A stretch of 24,000 nt of DNA from an uncultured Chloroflexia bacterium (lineage in GTDB: Bacteria > Chloroflexota > Anaerolineae > B4-G1 > SLSP01): assembly GCA_963700595.1 (NCBI GenBank), contig CAVOYE010000022.1, positions 119,033 through 143,032 on the forward strand. Reading direction: 5' to 3'. Position numbers and translations under genes: made by a program. Numbering within the stretch: position 1 is the first letter of the stretch; each line of letters starts with the position of its first letter. Under the pieces are notes generated by a model. The model was given only the letters and a program-made list of their open reading frames with translations, searched no databases and had not been told where the DNA came from. Below are positions 7,876 to 16,637 of this stretch, piece after piece.

Positions 7876-9687
7876 ATGGATACGAAACATATCAGGAATT
7901 TCAGTATTATTGCCCATATCGATCATGGGAAATCGACCCTGGCGGACAGGCTTCTGGAAGTCACCGGGACGGTTGAATCACGAAAATTCAGCGGTCAATC
8001 GCAATTGCTGGATACGATGGCGCTGGAACAGGAAAAAGGGGTCACAATCAAGGCTTCCGCGGTGAAGATGCAGTGGAAAGCTGCGGATGATGAGATCTAT
8101 GAGCTAAACTTAATTGACACACCCGGGCACGTTGACTTTGCTTATGAAGTCAGCCGGGCTCTGGCAGCATGTGAGGGTGCTATCCTGGTTGTTGACGCGA
8201 CGCAGGGCATTGAGGCGCAGACCCTGGCGAACCTTTATCTGGCTTTGGAAAACGACCTGGAAATTATCCCTGTGATCAACAAGATCGATCTGTCAACGGC
8301 GGAGGTTGAGCGTGTAACCGGCGAAATTGTTGATTTGTTGGGCGTGGCGCCCGAAGAGGTCATCGCTGTTTCCGCCAAGGAAGGCACCAATGTCGCTGCG
8401 GTTTTGCAGGCTATCGTGGACAAAGTTCCTTCACCCTCCACCGGGGATGCGGATGCCCCCTTACAGGCTTTGATCTTTGACTCCCATTATGATTCGTATA
8501 AGGGCGTCATCGCTTACGTCCGGGTTTTCCAGGGCACGGTGAGCATGGCGTCACAACTGTTGATGATGGCGACCGGCGCGAAGACAGAGCCGGTTGAAGT
8601 CGGGGTCTTTGCTCCGGAAATGACACCCATAGACCAACTCTCGGCAGGTGAAGTAGGGTACGTGGCTACCGGCTTAAAATCCGTGCGGGAAGCACATGTC
8701 GGCGATACGATCGCGGATGCCAGGAATCTTGTGAACACACCGCTGGTGGGCTATCGTCCGGCAAAACCCATGGTATTCGCCAGCCTTTATCCCTCCGATG
8801 CAGACGATTATGAAAACTTGCGGGATGCCCTGGAGAAACTGCAGTTGAATGACGCTTCACTTTCCTATGAGCCAGAAACGTCACAGGCCCTACAGTTTGG
8901 TTTCCGGTGCGGCTTCCTGGGATTGTTCCATATGGTGATTGTGCAAGAGCGCCTGGAGCGCGAATACTTCCAGGATTTGATTGTGACCGCACCCAGCGTT
9001 GCCTACCAAATCCTGCTAAACACCGGTGAGTTGATCGAAATACACAGACCCGCAGATTTGCCTGATCCCACGATGATCAAGGAGGTCCGCGAACCATGGA
9101 TGAAGGTGCAGATCATCACACCCAACACCTATATTGGCGCCATTGGCGAAATTATCCGCCGGAAGCGGGGAAACTTTATGCTTACCGAAACGTTGGACAG
9201 CACCCGGGTGATGCTGACTTTTGAGGTACCTCTGGCTGAAATGGTTATCGATCTGCACGACCGCATCAAATCCGCCACACGCGGTTACGCTTCGATGGAC
9301 TATGCATTCGATTCCTACCGCGCCGATGACCTGGTCAAAGTGGATATTATGGTCAACAAGGAACCGGTGGATGCCCTGGCGATCATTGTCCACAGTGACA
9401 AAACGTATGAAAAGGGTTCGCTGCTCATCCGCAAAATGAAAGACGCTATCCCCCGACAGCTTTTTGAAGTGCCGATCCAGGCAGCGGTTGGCGGAAAGGT
9501 TGTCGCCAGAGTGAATGTCCAGGCTTTACGCAAAGATGTCTTAGCGAAATGCTACGGCGGGGATGTGACGCGCAAAAGAAAGCTGCTTGAAAAGCAAAAG
9601 GAAGGTAAGAAGCGGATGAAACAGTTGGGAAATGTGATCATCCCGCAGGAAGCCTTTCTCGCGTTGTTGAAAATCGATGAGGATTGA
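7876..9687 (+). CDS. lepA: Translation elongation factor 4 (LepA)
   Basis: SD aggtga lies upstream of the ATG. The GTPase motifs are IRNFSIIAHIDHGKSTLADRLL (G1), DTPGHVDF (G3) and NKID (G4). The protein is 603 aa and ends with the characteristic LepA C-terminus (KRKLLEKQKEGKKRMKQLGNV.IPQEAF). Confidence 0.97.
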   Translation: MDTKHIRNFSIIAHIDHGKSTLADRLLEVTGTVESRKFSGQSQLLDTMALEQEKGVTIKASAVKMQWKAADDEIYELNLIDTPGHVDFAYEVSRALAACEGAILVVDATQGIEAQTLANLYLALENDLEIIPVINKIDLSTAEVERVTGEIVDLLGVAPEEVIAVSAKEGTNVAAVLQAIVDKVPSPSTGDADAPLQALIFDSHYDSYKGVIAYVRVFQGTVSMASQLLMMATGAKTEPVEVGVFAPEMTPIDQLSAGEVGYVATGLKSVREAHVGDTIADARNLVNTPLVGYRPAKPMVFASLYPSDADDYENLRDALEKLQLNDASLSYEPETSQALQFGFRCGFLGLFHMVIVQERLEREYFQDLIVTAPSVAYQILLNTGELIEIHRPADLPDPTMIKEVREPWMKVQIITPNTYIGAIGEIIRRKRGNFMLTETLDSTRVMLTFEVPLAEMVIDLHDRIKSATRGYASMDYAFDSYRADDLVKVDIMVNKEPVDALAIIVHSDKTYEKGSLLIRKMKDAIPRQLFEVPIQAAVGGKVVARVNVQALRKDVLAKCYGGDVTRKRKLLEKQKEGKKRMKQLGNVIIPQEAFLALLKIDED

Positions 9688-9702
9688 CACTATCAAGTAA
9701 CG

Positions 9703-10884
9703 GTGGGACCTGTGATGACATTTTGGAACAATTTGACCCCCCAACGCCGCAAGCGCTACATCCTCTGGATGGCAGCGAGTTTTATCATCCTATTGGTTTT
9801 ATTCCTGGCACGCAGGGTGCTGGGCTTGTATATTATTGGCGTTGTTTTAGCCTATATCCTGGCCCCGCTGGTCGACATTTTGCAGCGCGGACTGACGTGG
9901 GTTGGCGAACGTATCCGGTTCAAGTTTTTGCAGAGAAGCGCACGGGGCATCAGCATTCTGATCTCTTATATTGTGCTGGTAGGCATTATTGCCGGCTTTG
10001 TGTCGCTGGTAATGCCGGTGATTATCGGAGAAGCTACAGACCTCTGGACGCGCAGGGACGGCATCTGGACGGAAATAAGACGTGTTGCCGACAGTGTGTT
10101 TGAGCAGTACCAGCTTATGCCGGAGACCGTTCGCAAGCAAATCGAAGAAGTCTTTGCTGAAATAAACGCCTACATCGCAGAAGCCGTGCGTAAAGTATTA
10201 GAACAAGCTTTTACATTCACCGGCGTGGCGATCACCTATACTGCCAGTCTTGTCCTGGGTATCACCATTGTGCCGTTCTGGACCTTTTACCTTCTGCGAG
10301 ATTTCCCGCAGCTCAAGAACTCGGTTAATAATATGATCCCGTCTGCCATCCGTGCGGACTTAAAAAGTATGGCGCTGATGCTGGATAGAACAGTGGGCGC
10401 CTATTTCCGGGGTCAGATTCTTTTATCCGTGACGATCGGTGTGATGACTTTTGTGGTCATGACACTCCTTGGTCTGGACTACGCACTTTTGCTGGGGGTC
10501 GTTGCTGGCGCTTTAGAAATCGTGCCCAATATCGGTCCGACCATTGCCGCGATTCCCGCCATTCTCCTGGCTCTGACGATCAGTCCAATCCGGGCTCTGA
10601 TTACGGCGGTCGCATGCAATATGATACAGAACATTGAGAACTCCATGATCGTCCCCCGCATACTGGGACGCAGCCTGGGGTTGCATCCGGTGGTGATGAT
10701 GGTTATGCTGGTGGTGGGCACGGAGATAGCGGGATTCCCGGGACTGATTCTGGCGCCTATTCTGACTGCAGTGTCGCGTGATATCTACCGCTATCTGGGA
10801 TACAGGTTTGCCGAAGAGCCACTGGCGCCACGCGAGGCGCTGGACAAAGTGGTGAAGATGGGGGACTTCAACCAGGATTTGTAG
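9703..10884 (+). CDS. AI-2E family transporter (PerM/UPF0118-type permease)
   Basis: There are multiple hydrophobic helices, and the family-typical segment GVVAGALEIVPNIGPTIAAIPAILLAL is present. Length is ~390 aa. The start may be ATG 9715 rather than GTG 9703. Confidence 0.85.
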   Translation: MGPVMTFWNNLTPQRRKRYILWMAASFIILLVLFLARRVLGLYIIGVVLAYILAPLVDILQRGLTWVGERIRFKFLQRSARGISILISYIVLVGIIAGFVSLVMPVIIGEATDLWTRRDGIWTEIRRVADSVFEQYQLMPETVRKQIEEVFAEINAYIAEAVRKVLEQAFTFTGVAITYTASLVLGITIVPFWTFYLLRDFPQLKNSVNNMIPSAIRADLKSMALMLDRTVGAYFRGQILLSVTIGVMTFVVMTLLGLDYALLLGVVAGALEIVPNIGPTIAAIPAILLALTISPIRALITAVACNMIQNIENSMIVPRILGRSLGLHPVVMMVMLVVGTEIAGFPGLILAPILTAVSRDIYRYLGYRFAEEPLAPREALDKVVKMGDFNQDL

Positions 10885-10901
10885 GAAGCGTGTATTGCGT
10901 G

Positions 10902-10929
10902 TTGCGAAAATAATGGTTTAGGGTATAAT
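10902..10929 (+). promoter_or_regulatory. Sigma70-type promoter of tRNA-Pro
   Basis: TTGCGA at 10902-10907, a 16-nt spacer, then consensus TATAAT at 10924-10929. The mature tRNA 5' end lies 12 nt downstream. Confidence 0.6.
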
Positions 10930-10940
10930 GCACCTTGCTT

Positions 10941-11015
10941 CGGGGCGTGGCCCAGCTTGGCTAGGGCGCTACAATGGGGTTGTAGAGGTCGACGGTTCAA
11001 ATCCGTCCGCCCCGA
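10941..11015 (+). tRNA. tRNA-Pro: tRNA-Pro, anticodon GGG; CCA is not encoded
   Basis: The cloverleaf was folded by hand. The acceptor stem is CGGGGCG/CGCCCCG and the D stem is GCCC/GGGC. The anticodon stem is CTACA/TGTAG with loop A-T-GGG-G-T (U33 and G37 present). The variable loop is AGGTC. The T arm is GACGG-TTCAAAT-CCGTC, and the discriminator is A. Confidence 0.9.
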
Positions 11016-11019
11016 CTGA

Positions 11020-11080
11020 ATCGGGTACGGCAGTGGATTTTTGTAAGTTGAAAGTCAATTGCCGTACCCGATTTTTGTTT
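11020..11080 (+). terminator. Long hairpin with a T-tract downstream of tRNA-Pro; probable intrinsic terminator
   Basis: ATCGGGTACGGCA (11020-11032) pairs perfectly (13 bp) with TGCCGTACCCGAT (11060-11072) and is followed by TTTTGTTT. The 27-nt loop is unusually large. Confidence 0.55.
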
Positions 11081-11304
11081 GTGGGGAACGCGCTATATAC
11101 AGGTTGCCATAGCGATTAGAACTGTAAGTGTTAGTACTTCGAGCATTATTGAATGTATTTGAGAATTTGGAAGTTATTTAAATTATGGAGCCAATAAGGA
11201 AAATACCTTCCCGGAAGGTGGTGTTCGGCTTGGCTTGATGCGCGAAGGTGAATGGTTTTTCGTCACCTTAGGTATCAACTTACGTAATGATAGCACATTC
11301 AAAT

Positions 11305-11458
11305 CGTTTGTAGTAGAAACTTTAGTTTCTATCTGCGGGCGGATAGCGACTAAAGTCACTACTACGAACGGATCGGAAAACTTCACATGTCGTACTTTTG
11401 TGCTTATTTTCCTTAAGTTGCCGTGCAGAGGGCGAATGGGTGTTCGCCCCTAAGCAAT
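11305..11458 (+). repeat. Copy B of the conserved structured non-coding element
   Basis: A 12-bp closing helix forms between CGTTTGTAGTAG (11305-11316) and CTACTACGAACG (11359-11370). Inside it are the helix ACTTTA/TAAAGT and the hairpin CTATC-tgcgggcg-GATAG (11329-11346). The 3' hairpin is GGGCGAA-tgggtg-TTCGCCC (11430-11449). Confidence 0.5.
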
Positions 11459-11505
11459 GTGATGAGGGTTTACACTTTCATTATGATGCTCATATGTGTG
11501 GCGGT

Positions 11506-12810
11506 TTAATCGCCGGTATAGAAGACGCGGTAGATGTTCCCGCCGCCATCGTCTGAGATATACAGGCTGCCGTCCGGTCCGGTAATGACGTCGACCGGGC
11601 GACCCCATTGGGAGCCATCTCCACGCAGCCAACCGACAGCAAAATCTTCTACGACTCCGGGTTTTCCATCCTCAATAGAAACGCGTACGACTTTGTATCC
11701 AGTAGCGGGTGTGCGATTCCATGAACCGTGAAAGGCAACGAACAGATCCCCTTGAAAGGTTGCGGGAAACTGGTTGCCGGTGTAAAAGGTCAGTCCCAGC
11801 GGCGCAGAGTGCGCCTGCATTTCAACTTCTGGTTTCAGCACACCTTCACACGCGCCGGGTTTGCCAAAGTCGGGGTCGATAATCCGCCCGCTATGGCAGC
11901 GGGGCCAACCCGCATCATCCCCTTCCTGGATTTTATAGACTGTCTCGGGCGGCTGGTCATTGCCCAACCAGTCACGCCCGTTATTGGTCACCCAGAGTTC
12001 GTCAGTTCCCGGGCGGTACGTGATCCCCACAGCGTTGCGCAATCCCAACGTAAAGACTGTTTCATCACTGCCGTCAGGTTTGTAGCGGACGACCGTAGCA
12101 CGCCGGGCGTCTTCCTCAGTGCAGACATTGCACGAGGAGCCAATAGAAACGAATAAATAAGAGTTATCGGGGCTGAAGACAACGGTGCGGGTGCTGTGCC
12201 CTCCGCTGGGCAACCTGTCGATGACCACGTTTTTGTCCTGGAATACACCATCGCCATCCGGATCGCGCAGTTGAAGAATGCGTGTCGTCTCGCCAACATA
12301 CAGCGATCCGTCTTTGGCAAACGCGAGACTGCTGGGGGAGTTTAAGTCTGAGGCTACAACTTCAACCGCATCTGCCACGCCGTCACGGTCTCTGTCAGGC
12401 AGGCGGATGATGCGTCCGGCGCTTCTTTCTGCCACGTAGAGTTCGCCATCAGGCCCAAGTGCCATCATCCGCGGATCGCGCAGTTCCCCGATATAGACCG
12501 AGATGCCAAATCCGGGCGGCAGGTTAATGGTATCCTGCGGCGGAATGACACGCGTCGGTGCTGCCGGTGGATTCACATCCGGAACAGCAGTCTGCGTGAC
12601 TGTGGAATCCGGCGATGCGGGTGTGGCTGTTGGTTGCGGGGTGGGTGGGGGAGAACTTGGCGCAGATTCTTTGCGGGTTGGCAGGGGGATCGCCGTTGGC
12701 GCAGTGGTAGTTTCTACGTCATTTTGAAACATGTTCAGCGCGACCTGGCATCCCGTCAGCGTCAGGATAGCGAGGCTGAGCAGGATGAATAGTCTGTATT
12801 TACCTTTCAT
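11506..12810 (-). CDS. PQQ-dependent sugar (glucose/sorbosone-type) dehydrogenase family beta-propeller; lipoprotein
   Basis: The ATG at 12810 has a GGAGG SD 5 nt upstream; the track's longer start at 12828 lacks one. The signal peptide ends in the lipobox LTLTGC, followed by a Pro/Thr-rich linker. Family-typical repeats include GPDGELYVAE, GSLYVGE, GLRNAVGITYRPGTDELWVTNNGRDWLG, HSAPLGLTFY and GPDGSLYISDDGGGNIYRV. Confidence 0.85.
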   Translation of the reverse strand: MKGKYRLFILLSLAILTLTGCQVALNMFQNDVETTTAPTAIPLPTRKESAPSSPPPTPQPTATPASPDSTVTQTAVPDVNPPAAPTRVIPPQDTINLPPGFGISVYIGELRDPRMMALGPDGELYVAERSAGRIIRLPDRDRDGVADAVEVVASDLNSPSSLAFAKDGSLYVGETTRILQLRDPDGDGVFQDKNVVIDRLPSGGHSTRTVVFSPDNSYLFVSIGSSCNVCTEEDARRATVVRYKPDGSDETVFTLGLRNAVGITYRPGTDELWVTNNGRDWLGNDQPPETVYKIQEGDDAGWPRCHSGRIIDPDFGKPGACEGVLKPEVEMQAHSAPLGLTFYTGNQFPATFQGDLFVAFHGSWNRTPATGYKVVRVSIEDGKPGVVEDFAVGWLRGDGSQWGRPVDVITGPDGSLYISDDGGGNIYRVFYTGD

Positions 12811-13044
12811 TTGTACCTCCTGTGTCATAGAAACGCGTCATTGAAAACGTTTACAATTTTTGCAGATATGCGCGCGATATTCTATGATTTACTCTTAGCA
12901 TACACTATTTTGCATAAAAAATGTGAAATGACGCATTAAATAAACCGAAAAGTTCAACAAAGGGTGATAGAATGGAGGCATAGGATATCGACTATGTATA
13001 TGACGAAGGATTGAGTTATGCACATTCTATAAGGAGGACTACAT

Positions 13045-14799
13045 ATGGCAATTAGAAGAATAGATCCTGTCCCTTCGGATATAGAGATCGCGCAAGCCGC
13101 AGAAATTCGTCCAATTTTGGAAATCGCCAGGTCGGTTGGGCTGCAAGAAGATGATTTAGAGTTGTATGGGAGGCTGAAAGCCAAAGTGCATCTGGATGTC
13201 CGCGAGAAGCTCAATGATCGCCCTGATGCGAAATATATCGATGTGACAGCTATCACCCCTACACCCCTGGGTGAAGGGAAGACCACGACCGCTATCGGAT
13301 TAACGCAGGCGCTGGGCTTACTGGGATACAGGAGCACAGTCGCAATCCGCCAACCCAGTATGGGACCGACCTTCGGTATCAAAGGCGGTGCAGCGGGTGG
13401 TGGTTACAGCCAGATTGTACCGATGCAGGACGTTAATCTCCACCTTACCGGTGATATCCATGCCATCGGCGTAGCGCATAATCTGTGTGCTGCAGCGATA
13501 GATGCCCGAATTTACCATGAAAGCCGATGGAGCGAACAATTCTTCGAAAACCGGGGCATGCGCAAGCTGAATATCGATCCGTATTCTATCAGCTGGAACA
13601 GGGTTGTTGACGTGAATGATCGCGCCCTGCGCAATATCATCGTGGGGTTAGGCGCAATGGGCGATGGTCCTCCGCGTCAGGCGGCTTTCGATATCACCGT
13701 TGCCAGTGAACTGATGGCTATTCTAGCTCTCGCGACCAGTCTTGAGGATATGCGCGTTCGGATCGGGCGGATCGTGATTGGGACAGGCCCCAAACATTCT
13801 CCTGTAACCACTGAGGATTTGGGGGTTGCGGGTGCTATGACGGTTTTAATGAAAGATGCGATTATGCCCAACCTGTTACAGACGCTCGAAGAACAACCAG
13901 CTTTTGTCCATGCCGGACCTTTTGCCAATATCGCGCACGGTAATTCCTCCGTCATTGCTGATCTCCTGGGGATGAAGATGGGTGATTTCGTGGTGACCGA
14001 ATCCGGCTTTGGCGCTGACATGGGGATGGAAAAATTCATCAATATCAAATGCCGCGCTTCCGGTCTGATACCCAGTGCAGTGGTCCTGGTCGCCACAGTT
14101 CGTGCCTTGAAGATGCACGGCGGAGGACCCACGGTTGTCGCGGGACGCGCATTAAACAAAGCTTACATTGCGGAGAATCTGGACCTGCTGCAGCGCGGGG
14201 TGGGCAACCTTGAAGCCCATATCGGCATTGCTCGCAGATTTGGTATTCCGGTTGTGGTCGCCATCAATGCGTTTAATACCGATACCCAGGCTGAATGGGA
14301 TGTCATCCGCGAGGCGTCCCTGCGCGCGGGTGCTTTTGATGCGGTGGTCACCCAACATTGGGCTAACGGTGGTGAAGGCGCGGCCGCTTTAGCAGAAGCT
14401 GTGATTAAAGCTACCCTTGAACCTTCAGATTTCCGTTTCCTGTACGATGTAAACCAGCCCATTAAGGATAAGATTGAGATCATCGCCCGTGAGATATACG
14501 GCGCGGATGGGGTGAATTACACTCCGGAAACCGACGCGAAAATAAAACTATATACAGAACTGGGGTATGACAAGATCCCAATATGTATGGCAAAGACGCA
14601 TCTTTCGTTAAGCCATGATCCGGCATTGAAAGGTGTGCCCAAAGGTTATGTGTTCCCCATCAGTGATATCCGGGCGAGTGTTGGTGCAGGTTTCCTGTAT
14701 CCTTTAGCCGGCGCTATGCGCACGATGCCTGGTTTGTCCAGCCAACCATCCTTTATGGGCATTGATATCGTGGACGGCAAGATTGTCGGGTTGTCCTGA
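13045..14799 (+). CDS. fhs: Formate--tetrahydrofolate ligase
   Basis: SD aaggagg lies upstream of the ATG. The signature [15 protein letters not shown] is present, along with [15 protein letters not shown] and [13 protein letters not shown]. The 584-aa length is typical of Fhs. Confidence 0.97.
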   Translation: MAIRRIDPVPSDIEIAQAAEIRPILEIARSVGLQEDDLELYGRLKAKVHLDVREKLNDRPDAKYIDVTAITPTPLGEGKTTTAIGLTQALGLLGYRSTVAIRQPSMGPTFGIKGGAAGGGYSQIVPMQDVNLHLTGDIHAIGVAHNLCAAAIDARIYHESRWSEQFFENRGMRKLNIDPYSISWNRVVDVNDRALRNIIVGLGAMGDGPPRQAAFDITVASELMAILALATSLEDMRVRIGRIVIGTGPKHSPVTTEDLGVAGAMTVLMKDAIMPNLLQTLEEQPAFVHAGPFANIAHGNSSVIADLLGMKMGDFVVTESGFGADMGMEKFINIKCRASGLIPSAVVLVATVRALKMHGGGPTVVAGRALNKAYIAENLDLLQRGVGNLEAHIGIARRFGIPVVVAINAFNTDTQAEWDVIREASLRAGAFDAVVTQHWANGGEGAAALAEAVIKATLEPSDFRFLYDVNQPIKDKIEIIAREIYGADGVNYTPETDAKIKLYTELGYDKIPICMAKTHLSLSHDPALKGVPKGYVFPISDIRASVGAGFLYPLAGAMRTMPGLSSQPSFMGIDIVDGKIVGLS

Positions 14800-14853
14800 A
14801 GGTGATTTGGCAAGCAGGTCTTTGGATCCAGACAGCAAACGCTATTTATACAC

Positions 14854-14880
14854 AAAAGGGGCGATAGCATCGCCCCTTTT
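14854..14880. terminator. Bidirectional intrinsic terminator between convergent fhs and the zinc-ribbon gene
   Basis: The sequence AAAAGGGGCGAT-agc-ATCGCCCCTTTT forms a perfect GC-rich stem. It is flanked by an A-tract on one side and a T-tract on the other, so it can terminate both strands. Confidence 0.7.
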
Positions 14881-14922
14881 GTGTTGGTGTGCAGCAATCA
14901 ATACTTGTGTTGGGAACTCAGA

Positions 14923-15186
14923 TTACTCAGGTGTGTTTTCTGTGCTCTGCGTTTTCTCAGAGGTGTCATCGGCTGCGCCATCCTCTCCCAACTGTTCGGT
15001 TTCAGCCGCATCTTCAAGGGTTTCCGGATCGTTCGGTTCTTCGCCGAGGCCTTCATCCAGGTCCAGCGAACCTGTCCAGATTGCGCCACAATGCGCACAT
15101 CGCCACTGCCCCATCTGGAATTTCATCCGCCGGGATTTCATCAGTGGTCTGCTACAATTTGGGCATATTTCACGCCTCACGTTCAT
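14923..15186 (-). CDS. Small zinc-ribbon protein (CxxC-n18-CxxC) with a highly acidic C-terminal tail
   Basis: The ATG at 15186 has an aaGGAGag SD 5 nt upstream; the track's start at 15234 has none. The sequence is MNVRREICPNCS...WRCAHCG followed by an Asp/Glu-rich tail. The terminator at 14854-14880 lies just downstream on this strand. Confidence 0.6.
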   Translation of the reverse strand: MNVRREICPNCSRPLMKSRRMKFQMGQWRCAHCGAIWTGSLDLDEGLGEEPNDPETLEDAAETEQLGEDGAADDTSEKTQSTENTPE

Positions 15187-15497
15187 GTGCTCTCCTTCTA
15201 CGACACGGCAAAAACAAGTTTGCGTGCCGATCAACTAAGTTACTGTTATTTCAACGGCTCATTCGAGCGTTAATCATTACCGACTATAACATAGCCGATT
15301 GAAAAGGCAACTGTGCGTATTTCAGCATGGGGGTAAACCTAAGAATATGTGACCCATATCAGAGGATGTGTCCTCTTTACCCATTCTGCCATACTCTCTG
15401 ACACTTTTCTTGTTATTCGTTATCGAAAAGCGTCCCTGTATTCCTGGTTCATCTCCTAAATAGCGATACAGCCCAGTTGACCCAGACTGCACTGAAT

Positions 15498-16580
15498 TTA
15501 CAACCCCAATTTAGAATATAACTTCACAAAATCCAGATATTCTTCCAGGAGGGCTTCGAATTTTTCCAATTTCTTGATCTGTCCCAACCGGGTTTTGCCC
15601 ATCACGGCATCGATAGCTTCAACGGTTTCCATGGTGTTGCTGCGAACCAGCAGGACAGGCACGCCGACTTCTTCAGCACGGTGCAAGACTTCCGGCACAG
15701 GGTGCATATTTCCGGTCAGAATCAGGCAGTGCATCGTTGTTTCCAGGGCAATCAATTGCATATCCGCACGATCTCCCCCTGTAATCAGCGCTTTCCGTCC
15801 AAGGACCCGGCGGATGTAGGGCAGGGCTTTTTCGACACTCATAGCGCCCACGATGATTTCCTCAATGAGGACATCCTTCTTATTCGGCAAGGTCAGGAAT
15901 TCCGCTTCCAGCAGGTCTGCTAATTCACCCACACTGATCGCCTGCAATTGTTCGCGATATGGTATAACGCCGAAAATGGGAATGCTTTGTTTTTCCAGGC
16001 AGGGCATACAGTCATCGGTCATGTATGAAAGCGCGTCATCGGTGACCAGGTTGATGACGGATCCTAACAAGCGGTCCCCAAGATCCTGTTTAGCAGAATA
16101 GCATGCATCTGCTGCGCTGACATAGTTACGGAACCGGACCATCGCTAATACCTGTAAATCGAGCGCCTTTGCAACCTGGATAGGTGAAAGATTGAGGCTC
16201 AAGCCTTCCCGCATGGACCCACCGCCCTCAACTACGACAAAGTCTTTGCCCTGGGCATAGGCATTATATGCGGTGACAATTTTGCCCATCAGGTCGCGCG
16301 TACTGCAACCACATCGCAAACTCATCACCAGCGAGGGGGTCAGGGAGACACCCACCAGGTTTTCCAGGGGTTCTGGAATTTCCAGCATGTTTTTTACGAA
16401 ATGCGCGTCATCGTCATAAACTTCACCTGGCATTGGTTCCCATGGTTCGGCTGAAACGGGTTTGAAATAGCCGACGTTATACCCTTCTTTTTTTAAACGG
16501 CGTGCCAACGCCAGCGAGAAGGCGGTCTTGCCTCCAAATCGATGCATAGATGTTACGTACAAAGCTTTCATTTTATTCAC
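15498..16580 (-). CDS. Stand-alone Pta-N-terminal-like protein (P-loop BioD/CobQ-like domain plus DRTGG domain); no PTA_PTB catalytic domain
   Basis: The N-terminus KALYVTSMHRFGGKTAFSLALARRLKKEGYNVGYFKP resembles the N-terminal domain of long phosphotransacetylases. The DRTGG-type motifs ITGGDRADMQLIAL and CLILTGNMHP are present. The protein ends at 360 aa without an acyltransferase domain. The start may be ATG 16571 instead of GTG 16580. Confidence 0.8.
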   Translation of the reverse strand: MNKMKALYVTSMHRFGGKTAFSLALARRLKKEGYNVGYFKPVSAEPWEPMPGEVYDDDAHFVKNMLEIPEPLENLVGVSLTPSLVMSLRCGCSTRDLMGKIVTAYNAYAQGKDFVVVEGGGSMREGLSLNLSPIQVAKALDLQVLAMVRFRNYVSAADACYSAKQDLGDRLLGSVINLVTDDALSYMTDDCMPCLEKQSIPIFGVIPYREQLQAISVGELADLLEAEFLTLPNKKDVLIEEIIVGAMSVEKALPYIRRVLGRKALITGGDRADMQLIALETTMHCLILTGNMHPVPEVLHRAEEVGVPVLLVRSNTMETVEAIDAVMGKTRLGQIKKLEKFEALLEEYLDFVKLYSKLGL

Positions 16581-16637
16581 TACCTTTCCATTGTTGTTGA
16601 GATGATTAGGCTGCCCTTCGTGTGTTTGTGCTTATGG

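Noticed and set aside
9684-10103. A 139-aa plus-strand ORF overlapping the lepA stop and the start of the AI-2E transporter gene.
   Set aside because: It is out of frame with a transporter CDS that has clear family features, and its translation is Gly/Arg/Cys/Tyr-rich with no motif.
10941-11505. tRNA-Pro as an integration site for a mobile element or prophage remnant, given the ~490 bp of non-coding DNA downstream.
   Set aside because: There is no integrase or recombinase ORF and no direct repeat of the tRNA 3' end within the window. The non-coding stretch is accounted for by a terminator hairpin and copy B of the repeated element.
12829-13044. A riboswitch (ZTP/pfl-type or THF-type) in the 215-nt region upstream of fhs, since one-carbon genes often carry one.
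   Set aside because: The region is AT-rich and lacks the GC-rich conserved cores and pseudoknot segments expected of those classes. The only features are a short inverted pair GCGTCA / TGACGC about 90 bp apart and a possible extended -10 element (TGATAGAAT at 12965-12973). A cmsearch would be needed to be definitive.
13677-14159. A 160-aa minus-strand ORF and several others (12954-13382, 13318-13539, 13876-14118, 14152-14483) overlapping fhs.
   Set aside because: All are antisense or out-of-frame shadows of a highly conserved, full-length fhs reading frame. ORF 12954-13382 would also have to cross the fhs SD and start.
14762-15302. Three long plus-strand ORFs (158, 130 and 137 aa) and a 66-aa minus-strand ORF around 14.8-15.3 kb.
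   Set aside because: The plus-strand ORFs would read through or begin within the fhs terminator hairpin, they lack SD sequences, and they translate to Ser/Cys/Arg/Phe/Pro-rich low-complexity sequence. The minus-strand zinc-ribbon frame has the SD, the motif and the terminator.
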